From contig OY970208.1 in the NCBI GenBank assembly GCA_963713865.1, positions 2,528,001 to 2,592,000 of the forward strand: DNA of 64,000 bases, given 5' to 3'. Of this stretch, positions 19,009 to 29,868 are shown piece by piece. Every line of letters begins with the position of its first letter. Within the stretch, counting starts at the first letter, position 1. Both the position numbers and the translations under genes were made by a program. The DNA comes from an uncultured candidate division Zixibacteria bacterium. Lineage in GTDB: Bacteria; Zixibacteria; MSB-5A5; RBG-16-43-9. The notes under the pieces were generated by a model that saw nothing but the letters and a program-made list of their open reading frames with translations, was not told the origin of the DNA and did not search any database.

Positions 19009-20166
19009 TTAAAACCGGAAACTTTTTTCTACCTTTCGATAAACCTCTTTCAGGGGTATTTTATTTTTCTCTGCTAAAATTTTACAATCCTCAAATTCAG
19101 GAGAGATATAGGTTTTTTCACCATCCCGCACTACTTTGACTCTTACATTACCAAATTTAGTTCTAACCACCTCGATTTTTCGAGGAAGTTTTTTTCTAAG
19201 ATGAAATTGAGTCCGCAGACCAATAGTTCCGGTTTCAGAGAAGATAATGGAGGAGAGTAGATTTAACTTTTCAGGATTACACAAAACCGACAGAAGAGTT
19301 CCAGGCCTTCCTTTTTTCATGAATACAGGGATAAAGAAAACATCCAGAGCACCTTTTTCTAAAAGCTTTTCAGAAAGATACCCTAAAATTTCAGGAGTAG
19401 TATTGTCAATATTGGTCTCCAGAACTAAAATCTCATCCTGCTCTAAACTTTGTTCTTTATGACCAATTATCACTCTTAATAGATTAGGGATTTCTTTCAA
19501 ATCCATAGAACCGGCACCATATCCGATATTTTCAACTTTGAAATCCAGCCGGGGCGAGAACTCTGCCAAAGTGGTTATAATCGCCGCCCCAGTGGGGGTA
19601 ACCAATTCTCCTTCTATGTCAGGAAATCTCACTGGAATATTTTTACACAATTCAAGAGTGGCTGGAGCAGGAACCGGGAATTTCCCATGTGAAAATTTGA
19701 CAAAACCTCTCCCCAGGGAAAGCGGTGAGCTATAGATTTTATCCACTTTTAAAATATTCAATCCAATGACTGCACCCACGATATCGATTATCGCATCTAC
19801 ACTGCCAACCTCGTGAAAATGAATCTTGTCGATATCAATTCCGTGCACTAAAGCTTCCGCCTTAGCTAACCTTTTAAATATCTTTTTAGAATCATTTTTA
19901 ATCTTTTCATCCAGGGAACTTTTGTCGATTATTTTGAATATATCTTTCAAATTGCGGTGAGTTTTTTCTTTAGGAACTTTAACCTCGAATTTCGTTCCCT
20001 TGATTCCCATTTTATTAGTCTTGGAAACTTTAATCTCATAACCTCTCAAAGACAGTTTCCTCAGCTCTTTCTTCAGGTCATCAATCTTTAACCCAGAATC
20101 CAACAAAGCCCCCAAAATCATATCCCCGGCAATGCCGGAGAAGCAGTCAAAATAAGCAATTCTCAT
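19009..20166 (-). CDS. larC: Nickel-pincer cofactor biosynthesis protein LarC
   Basis: MRIAYFDCFSGIAGDM, HFHEVG..DAIIDI, ELVTPTGAA, MKKGRPG, PEFED; start reset to ATG 20166. Confidence 0.93.
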   Translation of the reverse strand: MRIAYFDCFSGIAGDMILGALLDSGLKIDDLKKELRKLSLRGYEIKVSKTNKMGIKGTKFEVKVPKEKTHRNLKDIFKIIDKSSLDEKIKNDSKKIFKRLAKAEALVHGIDIDKIHFHEVGSVDAIIDIVGAVIGLNILKVDKIYSSPLSLGRGFVKFSHGKFPVPAPATLELCKNIPVRFPDIEGELVTPTGAAIITTLAEFSPRLDFKVENIGYGAGSMDLKEIPNLLRVIIGHKEQSLEQDEILVLETNIDNTTPEILGYLSEKLLEKGALDVFFIPVFMKKGRPGTLLSVLCNPEKLNLLSSIIFSETGTIGLRTQFHLRKKLPRKIEVVRTKFGNVRVKVVRDGEKTYISPEFEDCKILAEKNKIPLKEVYRKVEKSFRF

Positions 20167-20185
20167 AATATTTTTATTCCTGGTA

Positions 20186-20273
20186 AAACAGACATTCTTG
20201 TCTGTTTGAATTTGGTAGAACAGGTATCTTGCCTGTTCCACTGAAATTGTCAGACAGGAATGTCTGACCTACC
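20186..20273. repeat. REP cluster at the 3' flank of RAYT #2 (ACAGGC-ATCTT-GCCTGT family)
   Basis: aaacagacattcttgtctgttt; ggtagaacaggtatcttgcctgttc; tcagacaggaatgtctgacctacc. Confidence 0.88.
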
Positions 20274-20918
20274 TGCTACCTGTTTCTTACAAAGAGGTGG
20301 CATATGCATCCCTGCCTGTGATTTATCATCTAACCAGCCTTTCACATAAAGCCATTTGTAATCTTTAGGATTTCTTGCTAAATCTTTTCTTATGGGGTTA
20401 TTAACAATATAATTCATCTTTTCAAAAAGCTCATTTTCATCCTTTATAATTCTATCAAAACTCTCATCCAACCATATCTTTGGTGATACAGGCATCTTAC
20501 TTATGTTTGGTAGGACAGGCATTTTGCCTGTATTTTTAAAAAGCTTAATTATCTCTTTACCAGAATAGCTTTTTATATTATGCATAATCTCTGCAATGCT
20601 GTAAAAAGTATATCTTGCTTTTTCTAAAGGTCGAATAACCAAATGAATATGGTCAGGCATAATAACATAAGCATAAAGTTTGTAATCTTTGCCATCATAA
20701 AACTTTATGCCATTAACAACAATATTTCTTGCTTCTATAGGGAGTATAGTATTTTGGGTTGTTCTAAAGGTAATAAAATAAAAGTTTCCTGGTTGTTCCC
20801 AGTGAGGTAGATTTCTTCTATAAATCCTGAATTCTTTCACAGGCTGGAAGCCTGTGATACCAGAAACTTGTCCCGTAAAATTTCTATTATTGGTTTGATT
20901 TTTTGATTTCAATTTCAT
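20250..20918 (-). mobile_element. REP-associated tyrosine transposase (RAYT, HUH/Y1) #2
   Basis: YRRNLPHW..YFITFRT, VIMPDHIHL (HUH), WLDESFDRII, YIVNNP; likely start ATG 20918; flanked by REPs. Confidence 0.88.
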
Positions 20919-20934
20919 TTCAGTCAAAATCCAC

Positions 20935-20990
20935 AGAACAGGCAAGGATGCCTGTTCTACCTGAGGGCAAGCACAGGAGCCTGCCTCTAC
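20935..20990. repeat. REP pair at the 5' flank of RAYT #2
   Basis: agaacaggcaaggatgcctgttctacc; ggcaagcacaggagcctgcctctac. Confidence 0.85.
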
Positions 20991-20992
20991 AC

Positions 20993-21745
20993 CTACAATT
21001 GATTTATCAAACTTGCTGCGCATCCAGCTCCAAAGCCGTTATCTATATTCACCACTACCACTCCGGAGGCACAGGAATTAAGCATGGCTAAAAGTGGAGC
21101 TACCCCTCCAAAGCTGGCTCCATAACCAATACTCGTAGGAACTGCAATCACCGGCTTATCCACAAGACCACTAACAACTGAGGGTAAAGCTCCCTCCATT
21201 CCAGCAACTACTATTATCACTTTAGCTTTTTTCAGCTTATCTAAATGATAGAAAAACCGGTGAATACCAGCCACGCCCACATCATACAGCCTTTCCACTC
21301 TATTCCCCATTACCTCACAGGTTAAAGCTGCTTCTTCAGCCACGGGAATATCTGAAGTTCCGGCAGAGACAACTAAAACATTACCTTTGAGCTTGAGTTT
21401 TTTTCTTCTATCAGTTTCAATCACAAAAATCTTAGCCTGTGGAAAATATTCAGCTTCAGGAAGATAAATTTTAAGCTTATCAAATACCTCTTCTTCTAAT
21501 CTGGTCCCCAGCACCACAGAGCCAGATTTTCTAATTTCTTGAGCAATTTTAACTATCTGCTCAACAGTTTTACCGGAACAATAGATAACCTCCGGGAACC
21601 CTTTTCGCAGGTGCCGGTGAAGGTCAACTCGCGCAAACCCCAAATCTTCAAAAGGCAAGGTCTTCAGAGCTTCCAGGGCTTTCTTCGGAGAAAGCTTTTT
21701 ATCTTTCACCTTATTCAACAGCCCTAATATTCTTTCAGGATTCAT
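20993..21745 (-). CDS. larB: Nickel-pincer cofactor biosynthesis protein LarB
   Basis: GFPEVIY, AGTSDIPVAEEA, DVGVAGIHR, AGMEGALPSV, VNIDNGFGA. Confidence 0.95.
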   Translation of the reverse strand: MNPERILGLLNKVKDKKLSPKKALEALKTLPFEDLGFARVDLHRHLRKGFPEVIYCSGKTVEQIVKIAQEIRKSGSVVLGTRLEEEVFDKLKIYLPEAEYFPQAKIFVIETDRRKKLKLKGNVLVVSAGTSDIPVAEEAALTCEVMGNRVERLYDVGVAGIHRFFYHLDKLKKAKVIIVVAGMEGALPSVVSGLVDKPVIAVPTSIGYGASFGGVAPLLAMLNSCASGVVVVNIDNGFGAGCAASLINQL

Positions 21746-21765
21746 CTGTTTTTATATTTTGGTTT

Positions 21766-22749
21766 CTACTGTTCCACCCTTGAAGGTACACCTGAAGATA
21801 AGTAAAGCTCAAATCCTCTTTTTAGCTCTTCATATTTCTCCGCTGAAATGATTCTCTTTCTTAACTCCTGATTATGGGAAAGATTTCTTATATACCAGAG
21901 TAAATGTTTTCTCATCTTTAAAATCCCATAGTATTCGCCACTTTCCTGAATAGAAAGGCTTAAGTGCCTTAAAGCTATCTCGACAACCTCTTTCTCAGAG
22001 GGTTCAGGTAGCAGCTCATTTTTCTCCAGATAATGATTCGCCCGATTAAAGATCCAGGGATTTCCCAGAGCACCCCTGCCGATCATAACTCCGTCACAGC
22101 CTGTTTGGTCTAACATCTCCTTGACATCCTGAGGAGAAAAAATATCGCCTGAGCCAAAAATAGTTAGATTGACTTTGGATTTTACCTCTTTAATTATCCC
22201 CCAGTTTGCTTTACCTTTAAATAATGATTTGCCGGTTCGAGGATGGATAGCTAAAGCACTAACCCCACAATCTGAGGCTATTTTAGCCACCTCTAAAGCC
22301 ACGATATTTTCAGCATCCCACCCACTTCTGATCTTCAGGGTTACCGGAAGGCTGACTGATTTTACCACAGAAGAGACAATCTTTTTCAGAAGCCCTAAAT
22401 CCTTTAAAACTGCTGCCCCTCCGTTTTTCCTGGTAACTTTTTTAACCGGACAGGCGAAGTTCAAATCTATAAGATCCGGTTTTAGTTTTTCAACCAACTT
22501 TGCCGCCAGGGTAAGTTTCTCCGGATCTGACCCGTAAAGCTGGACCCCAATCGGTCTTTCCTCCGGCTTGAAGTAAAGCAATCTTAAAGAGTTGGTGTTC
22601 TGGCGGATTAATCCGTCCGCTGAAATCATCTCCGTATAAGTCAAAACTGCACCAAAACTGCGGGCTAATATCCGGAAAGGTGAATCGGTCACCCCCGCCA
22701 TAGGAGCTAAAATCACTCTGCTGGGAAGATTTAAGTTTCCCAATTTCAT
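21766..22749 (-). CDS. dusB: tRNA-dihydrouridine synthase B
   Basis: LAPMAGVTD, IDLNFACP, KIRSGWD, GVMIGRGALGNPW. Confidence 0.93.
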   Translation of the reverse strand: MKLGNLNLPSRVILAPMAGVTDSPFRILARSFGAVLTYTEMISADGLIRQNTNSLRLLYFKPEERPIGVQLYGSDPEKLTLAAKLVEKLKPDLIDLNFACPVKKVTRKNGGAAVLKDLGLLKKIVSSVVKSVSLPVTLKIRSGWDAENIVALEVAKIASDCGVSALAIHPRTGKSLFKGKANWGIIKEVKSKVNLTIFGSGDIFSPQDVKEMLDQTGCDGVMIGRGALGNPWIFNRANHYLEKNELLPEPSEKEVVEIALRHLSLSIQESGEYYGILKMRKHLLWYIRNLSHNQELRKRIISAEKYEELKRGFELYLSSGVPSRVEQ

Positions 22750-22862
22750 GACGACAATATAATTGAAGAAGACTTATAGGCAAGTCTTTTTTGGTAAAGA
22801 TATTTTTGTAAATATGTTGACAAATCAAAAGAAAGATATTTTTTAGCTGAAGGAGGAAGGCT

Positions 22863-23555
22863 ATGCCGGAGATAATCGTAAAATACGAGGACAAGATCAT
22901 CGAAAGGGTGGTTACCGAGAAAAAAAGGCTCAGCATCGGCAGGACCCAGGATAATGACATTGTTCTGGATAACCGGGGGGTCTCAAGAAAACATGCCCTG
23001 ATAGAACTAAACCCTAATGGAGCGGTGATCATCGACAATGAAAGCTTGAATGGAACCTTTATCAATAACCGCAGGATAAATGAGGAATTCCTTAAGGATA
23101 ACGATGAGATAACCATAGGGAAATATAATCTAATCTACCACCAGGCTATAAGCCGTGATCCACGTCTCTCGGATCTGGATGGCACTATGGTTCTGCAGAC
23201 CAAAAAACATAAAGACCTTCTGTCCAAAGATAAAAAAGAATCAGAGATCACTCAGAAGGTCGGATGTTCAGTCCTTTTAGGAGAACTTAACGTAGATAAA
23301 AAAGAGTACCCTTTAGACAAGGAAATCATCACCCTGGGTAAAGGTGATTTCGTCAATATAAAAGCACGGGGGTTCTTCCTCCCCAAACTCCAGTCAAAGA
23401 TAATAAAGGAGAAAGATGAGCTGATACTGGTAAACCTGGGAAGAAAAGGGATGACCAAGGTAAATGGCGAAGATGTACAAAGACACCGGCTCAGAAATGA
23501 CGATCTGATCCAGATAGGCAAATCGGTTTTTCGATTCATTCAAAGGAAAGGTTAA
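22863..23555 (+). CDS. Tandem FHA-domain protein
   Basis: IGR..DNDIVL....VSRKHA..SLNGTFIN; second degenerate FHA (TKVNG..LRNDDLIQIGK). Confidence 0.88.
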   Translation: MPEIIVKYEDKIIERVVTEKKRLSIGRTQDNDIVLDNRGVSRKHALIELNPNGAVIIDNESLNGTFINNRRINEEFLKDNDEITIGKYNLIYHQAISRDPRLSDLDGTMVLQTKKHKDLLSKDKKESEITQKVGCSVLLGELNVDKKEYPLDKEIITLGKGDFVNIKARGFFLPKLQSKIIKEKDELILVNLGRKGMTKVNGEDVQRHRLRNDDLIQIGKSVFRFIQRKG

Positions 23556-24284
23556 ATGCGTTTTGCTTTTTTCTCTGACGTACATGCTAATTTGGAAGCT
23601 TTAAAAAGTGTAATCCGAGACTTTGAGATAGAGAAAATAGACAAGTTTTTTTTCCTGGGGGATGCGGTTGGATATGGTCCTGAGCCGAATGAATGTCTGA
23701 GTTTAATCCAGAAAACCTCAGAGGTTCGACTGATGGGGAATCACGATTACGCCGCCTTGGGGCTTTTAGATATCAGCTATTTCAATCCCTATGCTAAAGA
23801 GGCCATCGAATGGACCCGTAAGAAGCTTAGCGAAAAAAGTATAGAGACTATCTCCAGCTATAAGATCGACCATCGTTTTGATATATTTCATCTGGTTCAT
23901 TCTACCCCTAAGGAGCCCTTAAACTGGGATTACGTTTTCTATCTGGAGGAAGCCGAGGAAAACTTCTCATATTTCAATGCTCAGATCTGCCTGATCGGAC
24001 ATTCCCATTCTCCTTTCATCATAGAAAAATATAAGGAAAAACGATGTTTTATACACGACGAGCCAGAAACAAAGATCCAGGATGGGTTCAAATACCTTAT
24101 AAATATCGGCTCAGTTGGGCAGCCCCGGGACGGGAACAATAACTCCTGCTATCTGATCTATGACACCGGGGAGAAAAGAGCCTGGCTTAAAAGGGTTCCC
24201 TATGATGTTAAGCGCACTCAGCAGAAGATGAAGAAAGCCAATTTACCTGCCTATCTCATCGAAAGGTTAGCCTTAGGAAAATAA
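23556..24284 (+). CDS. Calcineurin-like metallophosphoesterase
   Basis: SDVHAN, LGDAVGYG, GNHD, GHSH, NIGSVGQPRDG. Confidence 0.9.
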   Translation: MRFAFFSDVHANLEALKSVIRDFEIEKIDKFFFLGDAVGYGPEPNECLSLIQKTSEVRLMGNHDYAALGLLDISYFNPYAKEAIEWTRKKLSEKSIETISSYKIDHRFDIFHLVHSTPKEPLNWDYVFYLEEAEENFSYFNAQICLIGHSHSPFIIEKYKEKRCFIHDEPETKIQDGFKYLINIGSVGQPRDGNNNSCYLIYDTGEKRAWLKRVPYDVKRTQQKMKKANLPAYLIERLALGK

Positions 24285-24297
24285 TTTCGGGGGAAAA

Positions 24298-26639
24298 ATG
24301 GGGTTAAAAGATTTTTTTCAGATAAATACTAAAAGCGCCTTCTCCGATTGGACCAAAAGATTTTCCGGCGTAATCCTCTATATCCTGATCACCTTTCTGG
24401 TAATGGTTTTGTATCTGGACCAGCAGGGCTGGTTAGAGAAATTCAACTTGAAATTCCAGGACTTAGGTTACAAGTTTAGAGGAAAAACCGACACCGGAAA
24501 TGAACTGGTCATCTTAGCTTTGGACCGGAAGAGCACGGACCAGTATGGCCGCTGGCCCTGGTCCAGAGATAAAATCGCTTTGCTGGTAAATAAACTCTCT
24601 GCTGCTGGACCCAAGGTAGTCCTTCTCGATTTCTATCTACCTCAGGATATAGTTGAGGATACCTCTGGCAGAACAAAAATCCTGTCAGAATCCATTAAAA
24701 AAGCCAAAAATGTGGTGCTGCCTTTATATTTCAATTTTGCAGAGGTCGGCTTGACCCCTACCCGTTATCCGGATGTGCTTTTGAGCTCTACTCTGATCAA
24801 TATCCAGGATCAGGAAGAGATCCGCTACCGGTATCCTTTTAAAGCCAAGGAAGTTTACTATCCCAGCCAGAACTCTGGCTGAAGCCGCTTATGCTTTAGG
24901 CCATGTGAACCAAACCCGGGACCTGGATAACAAAATCCGCTATGAATCACTTCTCATAGGATATGATGAAAATTATTATCCCTCAGTAGGTTTGCAGATA
25001 GCACGAAAATATTACAATTTGAAGATGGAAGACTTGAAAATCGAGTCGGGAGGAAAAATCTATTTAGGAGATACTTATATTCCGACAGATAATAAATGGA
25101 GGTTTTTGATAAATTACGCTGGGACTAAAGGCAGTTTCAAATATTATTCTGCCTCCTCCTTACTGGACGGCTCTTTAAATCCAGAGCTTTTTTTCCGTAA
25201 GATAGTGCTGGTAGGCTTAACTGACCTTTCCACCTCTCAGCTAAAAACCCCGGTTTCCTCTCATCTTCCTTCAGTAGAGAAAACTGCCAATTTAGTGGAA
25301 AACATAATCCACAAAAACTTCTTGAAAGATACTGGACTTTTTTCAATTTTAGACCTTTTAGTCCTGATCTTAATCGGATGTTTCTGTGCCTTTGTTTTAC
25401 CTAATGTTAATCTGGTTCAAAGGCTGGTTATCCTCTTTGTTTTCCTTTTCGTAATTTTGAATCTTAGCTTTATCCTCTTTTCCTCTTTTCATATCATCAC
25501 CAAACCTTTTTACCCTCTTTTGGAGCTTTTCCTTTTCCTTCTGGTTTCACCAGGGATAAAACCGCAGAAAGCCCTGGCACCAAAAAAGAAAATAGAAGAA
25601 GAAAGAAAAGAGTCAGAAGAGATAAAAGAAAGGTTTATCCCGGTTGAACCGGAACCGGAGAAAACCATGCAGATTGACCTGCCAGAACAGGTCAGAGAAA
25701 AAACACCCGCTCCCGTAATCTTTTCCTCTACTCCAAAACCTCTGGAGGAAACACCTTCACGCAGAGTGGAGAAAAGCACTTCTTCTATTCCCGTAGAACA
25801 GTTCGGCAGATACAAAGTGATAGAGATAATCGGTAAAGGAGCTATGGGCACGGTCTATAAAGGGGTAGATCCAGCTATCGACCGCTTAGTAGCATTGAAA
25901 ACAATCAGAGTTGACACTATCGGGTCACCGGATGAGCTGGATGAACTGGAGGACCGGTTGATCAAGGAGGCTCAAGCCGCCGGCAAATTATCCCACCCTA
26001 ACATTGTCACTATATATGATGTGGGTCAGGAGGGAGACCTGTATTACATTGCCATGGAGTATTTACAGGGATATACCCTGGACAAGATGATCCAGAAAAA
26101 ATCTGAGCTTAACTATAAACTTGTGGCCAAGATTATGATCCAGGCCTGCCAGGCTTTAAGTTATGCCCATGAAAAAGGGATAGTCCATCGTGATATTAAG
26201 CCCGCCAATATTATGATCCTGGATAACTTCGATATAAAAGTGATGGATTTCGGGATCGCCAGATTCGGCGGTTCCTCAATGACCCAGAACCGGCTTAGCC
26301 ATGGGTACCCCCAGCTATATTGCGCCAGAGGTTCTGCAGGGAAAACGCGCAGACAAAAGATCAGATATCTTCTCTCTGGGAGTAGTCCTGTACGAGATTT
26401 TAGTTGGGCAGAAACCTTTTAAAGGAGAATCTATCAGTGCTTTAATCTACTGCATTTTGAATGACCAACCTCCTATGCCCTCGACTATAAATGATAAAAC
26501 ACCCACTTTATTCGACCGCGTTGTAGGCAAAGCCCTGGTGAAAAACCCGGAGGAAAGATTCCAGAACGCTTCCGAGATGGAAGTTCAGTTGAAAGAGTTC
26601 GTCGCTTCCTTTGTGGTCACCCGTAGTTTTAAAATTTAA
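24298..26639 (+). CDS. CHASE2-domain transmembrane Ser/Thr protein kinase (two +1 frameshifts, ~24863 and ~26288)
   Basis: GRWPWSR CHASE2, 3 TM, GKGAMG, VALK, HRDIKPAN, DFGIAR, GTPSYIAPE; single-base removals join the three ORFs. Confidence 0.88.
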
Positions 26640-26654
26640 CAACATTTATTCTAT

Positions 26655-27082
26655 GTAGAGGCACAACATGTTGTGCCTCCTATTTTTTCAAGTTATGTAG
26701 TGGAGGTCTTCAGACCTCCATAAATAAAAAATGTTGGAGTGCATCAGCTTGTCAATGTTGACCTTGAGGCTGATGCTTCTCAAAAATAATAAAAACGCAA
26801 GAGCAAGCTCTTGCACTCCAAAAGACTCCAAAAAAGAAGTGGAATACAATTTCACTTACGCGGGATGGGGCTGATGAGAGGGAAGTTGATTGTAGAGTAG
26901 TGTTGTTAGGTAGAACAGGCATCTTGCCTGTTCCTTTTGGTCAGACCCTACGGATCCGCAGGACAGGATGCCTGACCCACCAGAATCCAGTATCCCCGCC
27001 TTACCCACAAGGTGGGATAAGATAAAAACCAGTGATGTCTGCTACACTTCTCTAACAAGCGACCCTGAAAGGGTCGCACTAC
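26655..27082. repeat. Dense mixed REP cluster
   Basis: At least seven palindromes, including a GGAGTGC doublet (26734-26821), a RAYT#2-type doublet (26909-26981) and gcgaccctgaaagggtcgcactac. Confidence 0.88.
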
Positions 27083-27228
27083 GAACTTAAGAATCAATCT
27101 TAACAATTCTTCTACGTAAAAGAAATCGAAGGGAACAAATCTGCTTGACTAAAGGTAAAATAGTAATATATTAGCCTTCGTATTAAAAAGTAGAATTAAA
27201 TGAAAATAACGTAAACGGAGGAAATTAA

Positions 27229-27560
27229 ATGTATGCCATAATGGAAAGCGGAGGGTTACAGTTCAAGATCGAGGAAGGCGCAAGATAAAAATACCCAAGC
27301 TAAAAGCCAAGCCCGGGGATGAGGTTGTCTTCGACAAAGTCCTTTTGATCTCCCAGGAGGAAAAAGAACCCCTCATCGGTATGCCCTATCTTGAGAATGC
27401 AAAGATAACCGCAGAGGTTTTATCCACCAGCAAGGGAAAGAAAGCCCTGATCTATAAGTTCAAAAAACGGGTAAAATACAGAAGGAAAAGAGGGCACCGG
27501 CAGGAGTACACTGAAATAAAAATCAACAAGATAAACCTGTCCAAAAAGTCGAAATCTTAA
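27229..27560 (+). CDS. rplU: 50S ribosomal protein L21 (one base missing at ~27292)
   Basis: MYAIMESGGLQFKIEEG then, shifted, KIKIPKL..IYKFKKRVKYRRKRGHRQEYT; GGAGG RBS. Confidence 0.93.
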
Positions 27561-27567
27561 AAAATTT

Positions 27568-29853
27568 ATGCTTAAAAAAACATCCTTCATAATTTTTCTT
27601 TTAGTTCTTTTTACCTGTTCATTTTCATCCTCTCAGAACCTGACTGTCTCCCGAATAGAAGTAGAGGGTAATAAATCCGCAGACAAATCCTTAATCCTTT
27701 TAGCCTCTGGATTCACTAAAGGCTCTCCTTTAGAGCTGCCCAGTATTCAGAGAGCCATAAAAAGGATTTATGCCTTAGACCTTTTCTCCGATGTAAAGCT
27801 TTTAGCTTCCCAGACCCCGGAAGGGGTTATCCTCACCATTAAGGTTAAGGAGTATCCTAAACTGGTGGAGCTGAATATAGAGGGCAACAAGAAATTCAAG
27901 CAAAAAGAGATGGAAGAGAAATTAAATCTTAAAGTCGGAATGCAGATAAGCCCACAGCAGGTGCAGGAGGGTATAAATATCATCCAGGCACTTTATAAAG
28001 AGAAAGGTTATCTGACAACTAAGGTGGAATCAGAGTTAAAGCTAAAAGAAACGGAAGAAGAAATAGTACTGGTATATAAAATAGACGAAGGCAAAAAAGT
28101 AAAAATAAAGAAGATCTATGTTCAGGGGACTAAGGACTTCACTGAAGGCAAAATCAAAAAACAGATGAAAAACAAAGAGGACAACTGGATCAGAAGCGGA
28201 GAATTCAACTCGGAAAAATATCAAGAGGATAAGGAGAAGATTATAGAATTCTATAAGAAGAACGGATATTTGGAAGCTGAGATCTTAAAAGACTCGATCT
28301 GGTTTGACCCTTCGGGAAAAGATATGTATATAAAGCTTTTCCTGTCTGAAGGAGAAAGGTGTAAATTCGGGGAGATAAGTTTTCAGGGGAATAATATCTA
28401 TTCTGGCGAAAAACTGAAAAAAGTAGTGAAGTTCAGATCAGGTGAGTTTTTCGATCAGAAAAAATACGAGGAGACCTTAACTGAGATCTACAATCTGTAT
28501 CAGGAAGAAGGGTATATCTATGTACAGATCTCCGATGTTACCTCCACCCAGGGGAATGTGGTTGATATCGACTATCAGATAACTGAAGGAGTTCCAGCCA
28601 ATGTTCATTTTGTGAAGATCGAAGGGAATACCAAGACCAAGGAGAAGGTTATCCGCCGGGAGCTTTCGATTTTACCCGGCCAGAGATTCCGTCGCTCAAT
28701 CCTTATGAGGAGCATTCGGGACGTGATGTATCTGAACTATTTCTCTAATGCAACCCCGGACCTTGAAGTCTTACCTAACGGAGATATAGACCTTATAATC
28801 AAAGTTGAGGAAAAACCAACTGGCTCCATAAATTTTGGAGCAGGGTACAGCGAAAGTGATAAGTTGGTAGGTTCCGTCGGGCTGGGTATACCCAATCTTT
28901 TCGGGAATGGTCAGAATGTTGATTTGAGCTGGGAATTCGGAAAAACGACGAACACTGTTCAGCTCAGCTTCACCGAGCCCTGGTTCAGAGATACACCGAC
29001 CTCTGTGGGAGTAGACCTTTATCAGACTAACCGGAGATGGTATGATTATTATACTGAGGGTAGAACCGGGGTTGGGTTAAGATTGGGTAGAAGGCTTAGC
29101 TGGCCAGATAATTACTGCAGACTCTATGCCAAGTACAGGTTAGAAAATGTGCGATACTTTGATTTCTCTGATAGTTACCTGGAAGCCTACAAAGATAGCC
29201 CTTACAACCTGCAATTAATAGATTGGCCTCAGAGGACCTCCAGTTTTGATTTCACACTGACCAGGGATTCCAGGGACCTGCCCCAGTTTGCAACTTCAGG
29301 GTCCATTATATCCTGGAACTCCGAGTTTGCTGGAGGTATTTTAGGAGGGAACTGGTCTTATCATAAACATGTATTTGAGTTTTCCAAGTATAAAAAAACT
29401 TTCTGGAAATTCGTACTGGTAGCAAAAGTTCGAGCCGGGTTAATCGATGGATATAACCGTAAATCCAATGTCCCCTATAGTGAAAGGTTTGCCCCAGGTG
29501 GAACAGACCCGGATGGGATGGTAAGGGGTTATCCAGATGGATGGATCGGGCCTAGAGATTCTGATGGCAATCTTATCAGAGGTAGAAGCATTCTGGTCTA
29601 TAACTTAGAATATCAGTACCCCATTATGGAGCAGCAGATCTACGGGCTATTTTTTGCAGATGCGGGGAATGCCTGGCTTAGTGGCAGACAGATCTCTCCT
29701 CTTTCCTTCAGACATCTTTACAAATCAGTCGGTTTCGGTTTCAGGATGATTGTGCCTAACCTGGGAATGATCGGTTTCGATTTTGGTTATGGGTTCGACT
29801 ATCCAGGGGGAAACAAGTGGAGACCTCACTTCCAGTTCGGTAGATCTTTTTAA
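27568..29853 (+). CDS. bamA: Outer-membrane protein assembly factor BamA
   Basis: POTRA repeats, GNTKTKEKVIRRE, VRGY, terminal Phe. Confidence 0.95.
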   Translation: MLKKTSFIIFLLVLFTCSFSSSQNLTVSRIEVEGNKSADKSLILLASGFTKGSPLELPSIQRAIKRIYALDLFSDVKLLASQTPEGVILTIKVKEYPKLVELNIEGNKKFKQKEMEEKLNLKVGMQISPQQVQEGINIIQALYKEKGYLTTKVESELKLKETEEEIVLVYKIDEGKKVKIKKIYVQGTKDFTEGKIKKQMKNKEDNWIRSGEFNSEKYQEDKEKIIEFYKKNGYLEAEILKDSIWFDPSGKDMYIKLFLSEGERCKFGEISFQGNNIYSGEKLKKVVKFRSGEFFDQKKYEETLTEIYNLYQEEGYIYVQISDVTSTQGNVVDIDYQITEGVPANVHFVKIEGNTKTKEKVIRRELSILPGQRFRRSILMRSIRDVMYLNYFSNATPDLEVLPNGDIDLIIKVEEKPTGSINFGAGYSESDKLVGSVGLGIPNLFGNGQNVDLSWEFGKTTNTVQLSFTEPWFRDTPTSVGVDLYQTNRRWYDYYTEGRTGVGLRLGRRLSWPDNYCRLYAKYRLENVRYFDFSDSYLEAYKDSPYNLQLIDWPQRTSSFDFTLTRDSRDLPQFATSGSIISWNSEFAGGILGGNWSYHKHVFEFSKYKKTFWKFVLVAKVRAGLIDGYNRKSNVPYSERFAPGGTDPDGMVRGYPDGWIGPRDSDGNLIRGRSILVYNLEYQYPIMEQQIYGLFFADAGNAWLSGRQISPLSFRHLYKSVGFGFRMIVPNLGMIGFDFGYGFDYPGGNKWRPHFQFGRSF

Positions 29854-29868
29854 GTAACGGAGGGAAAA

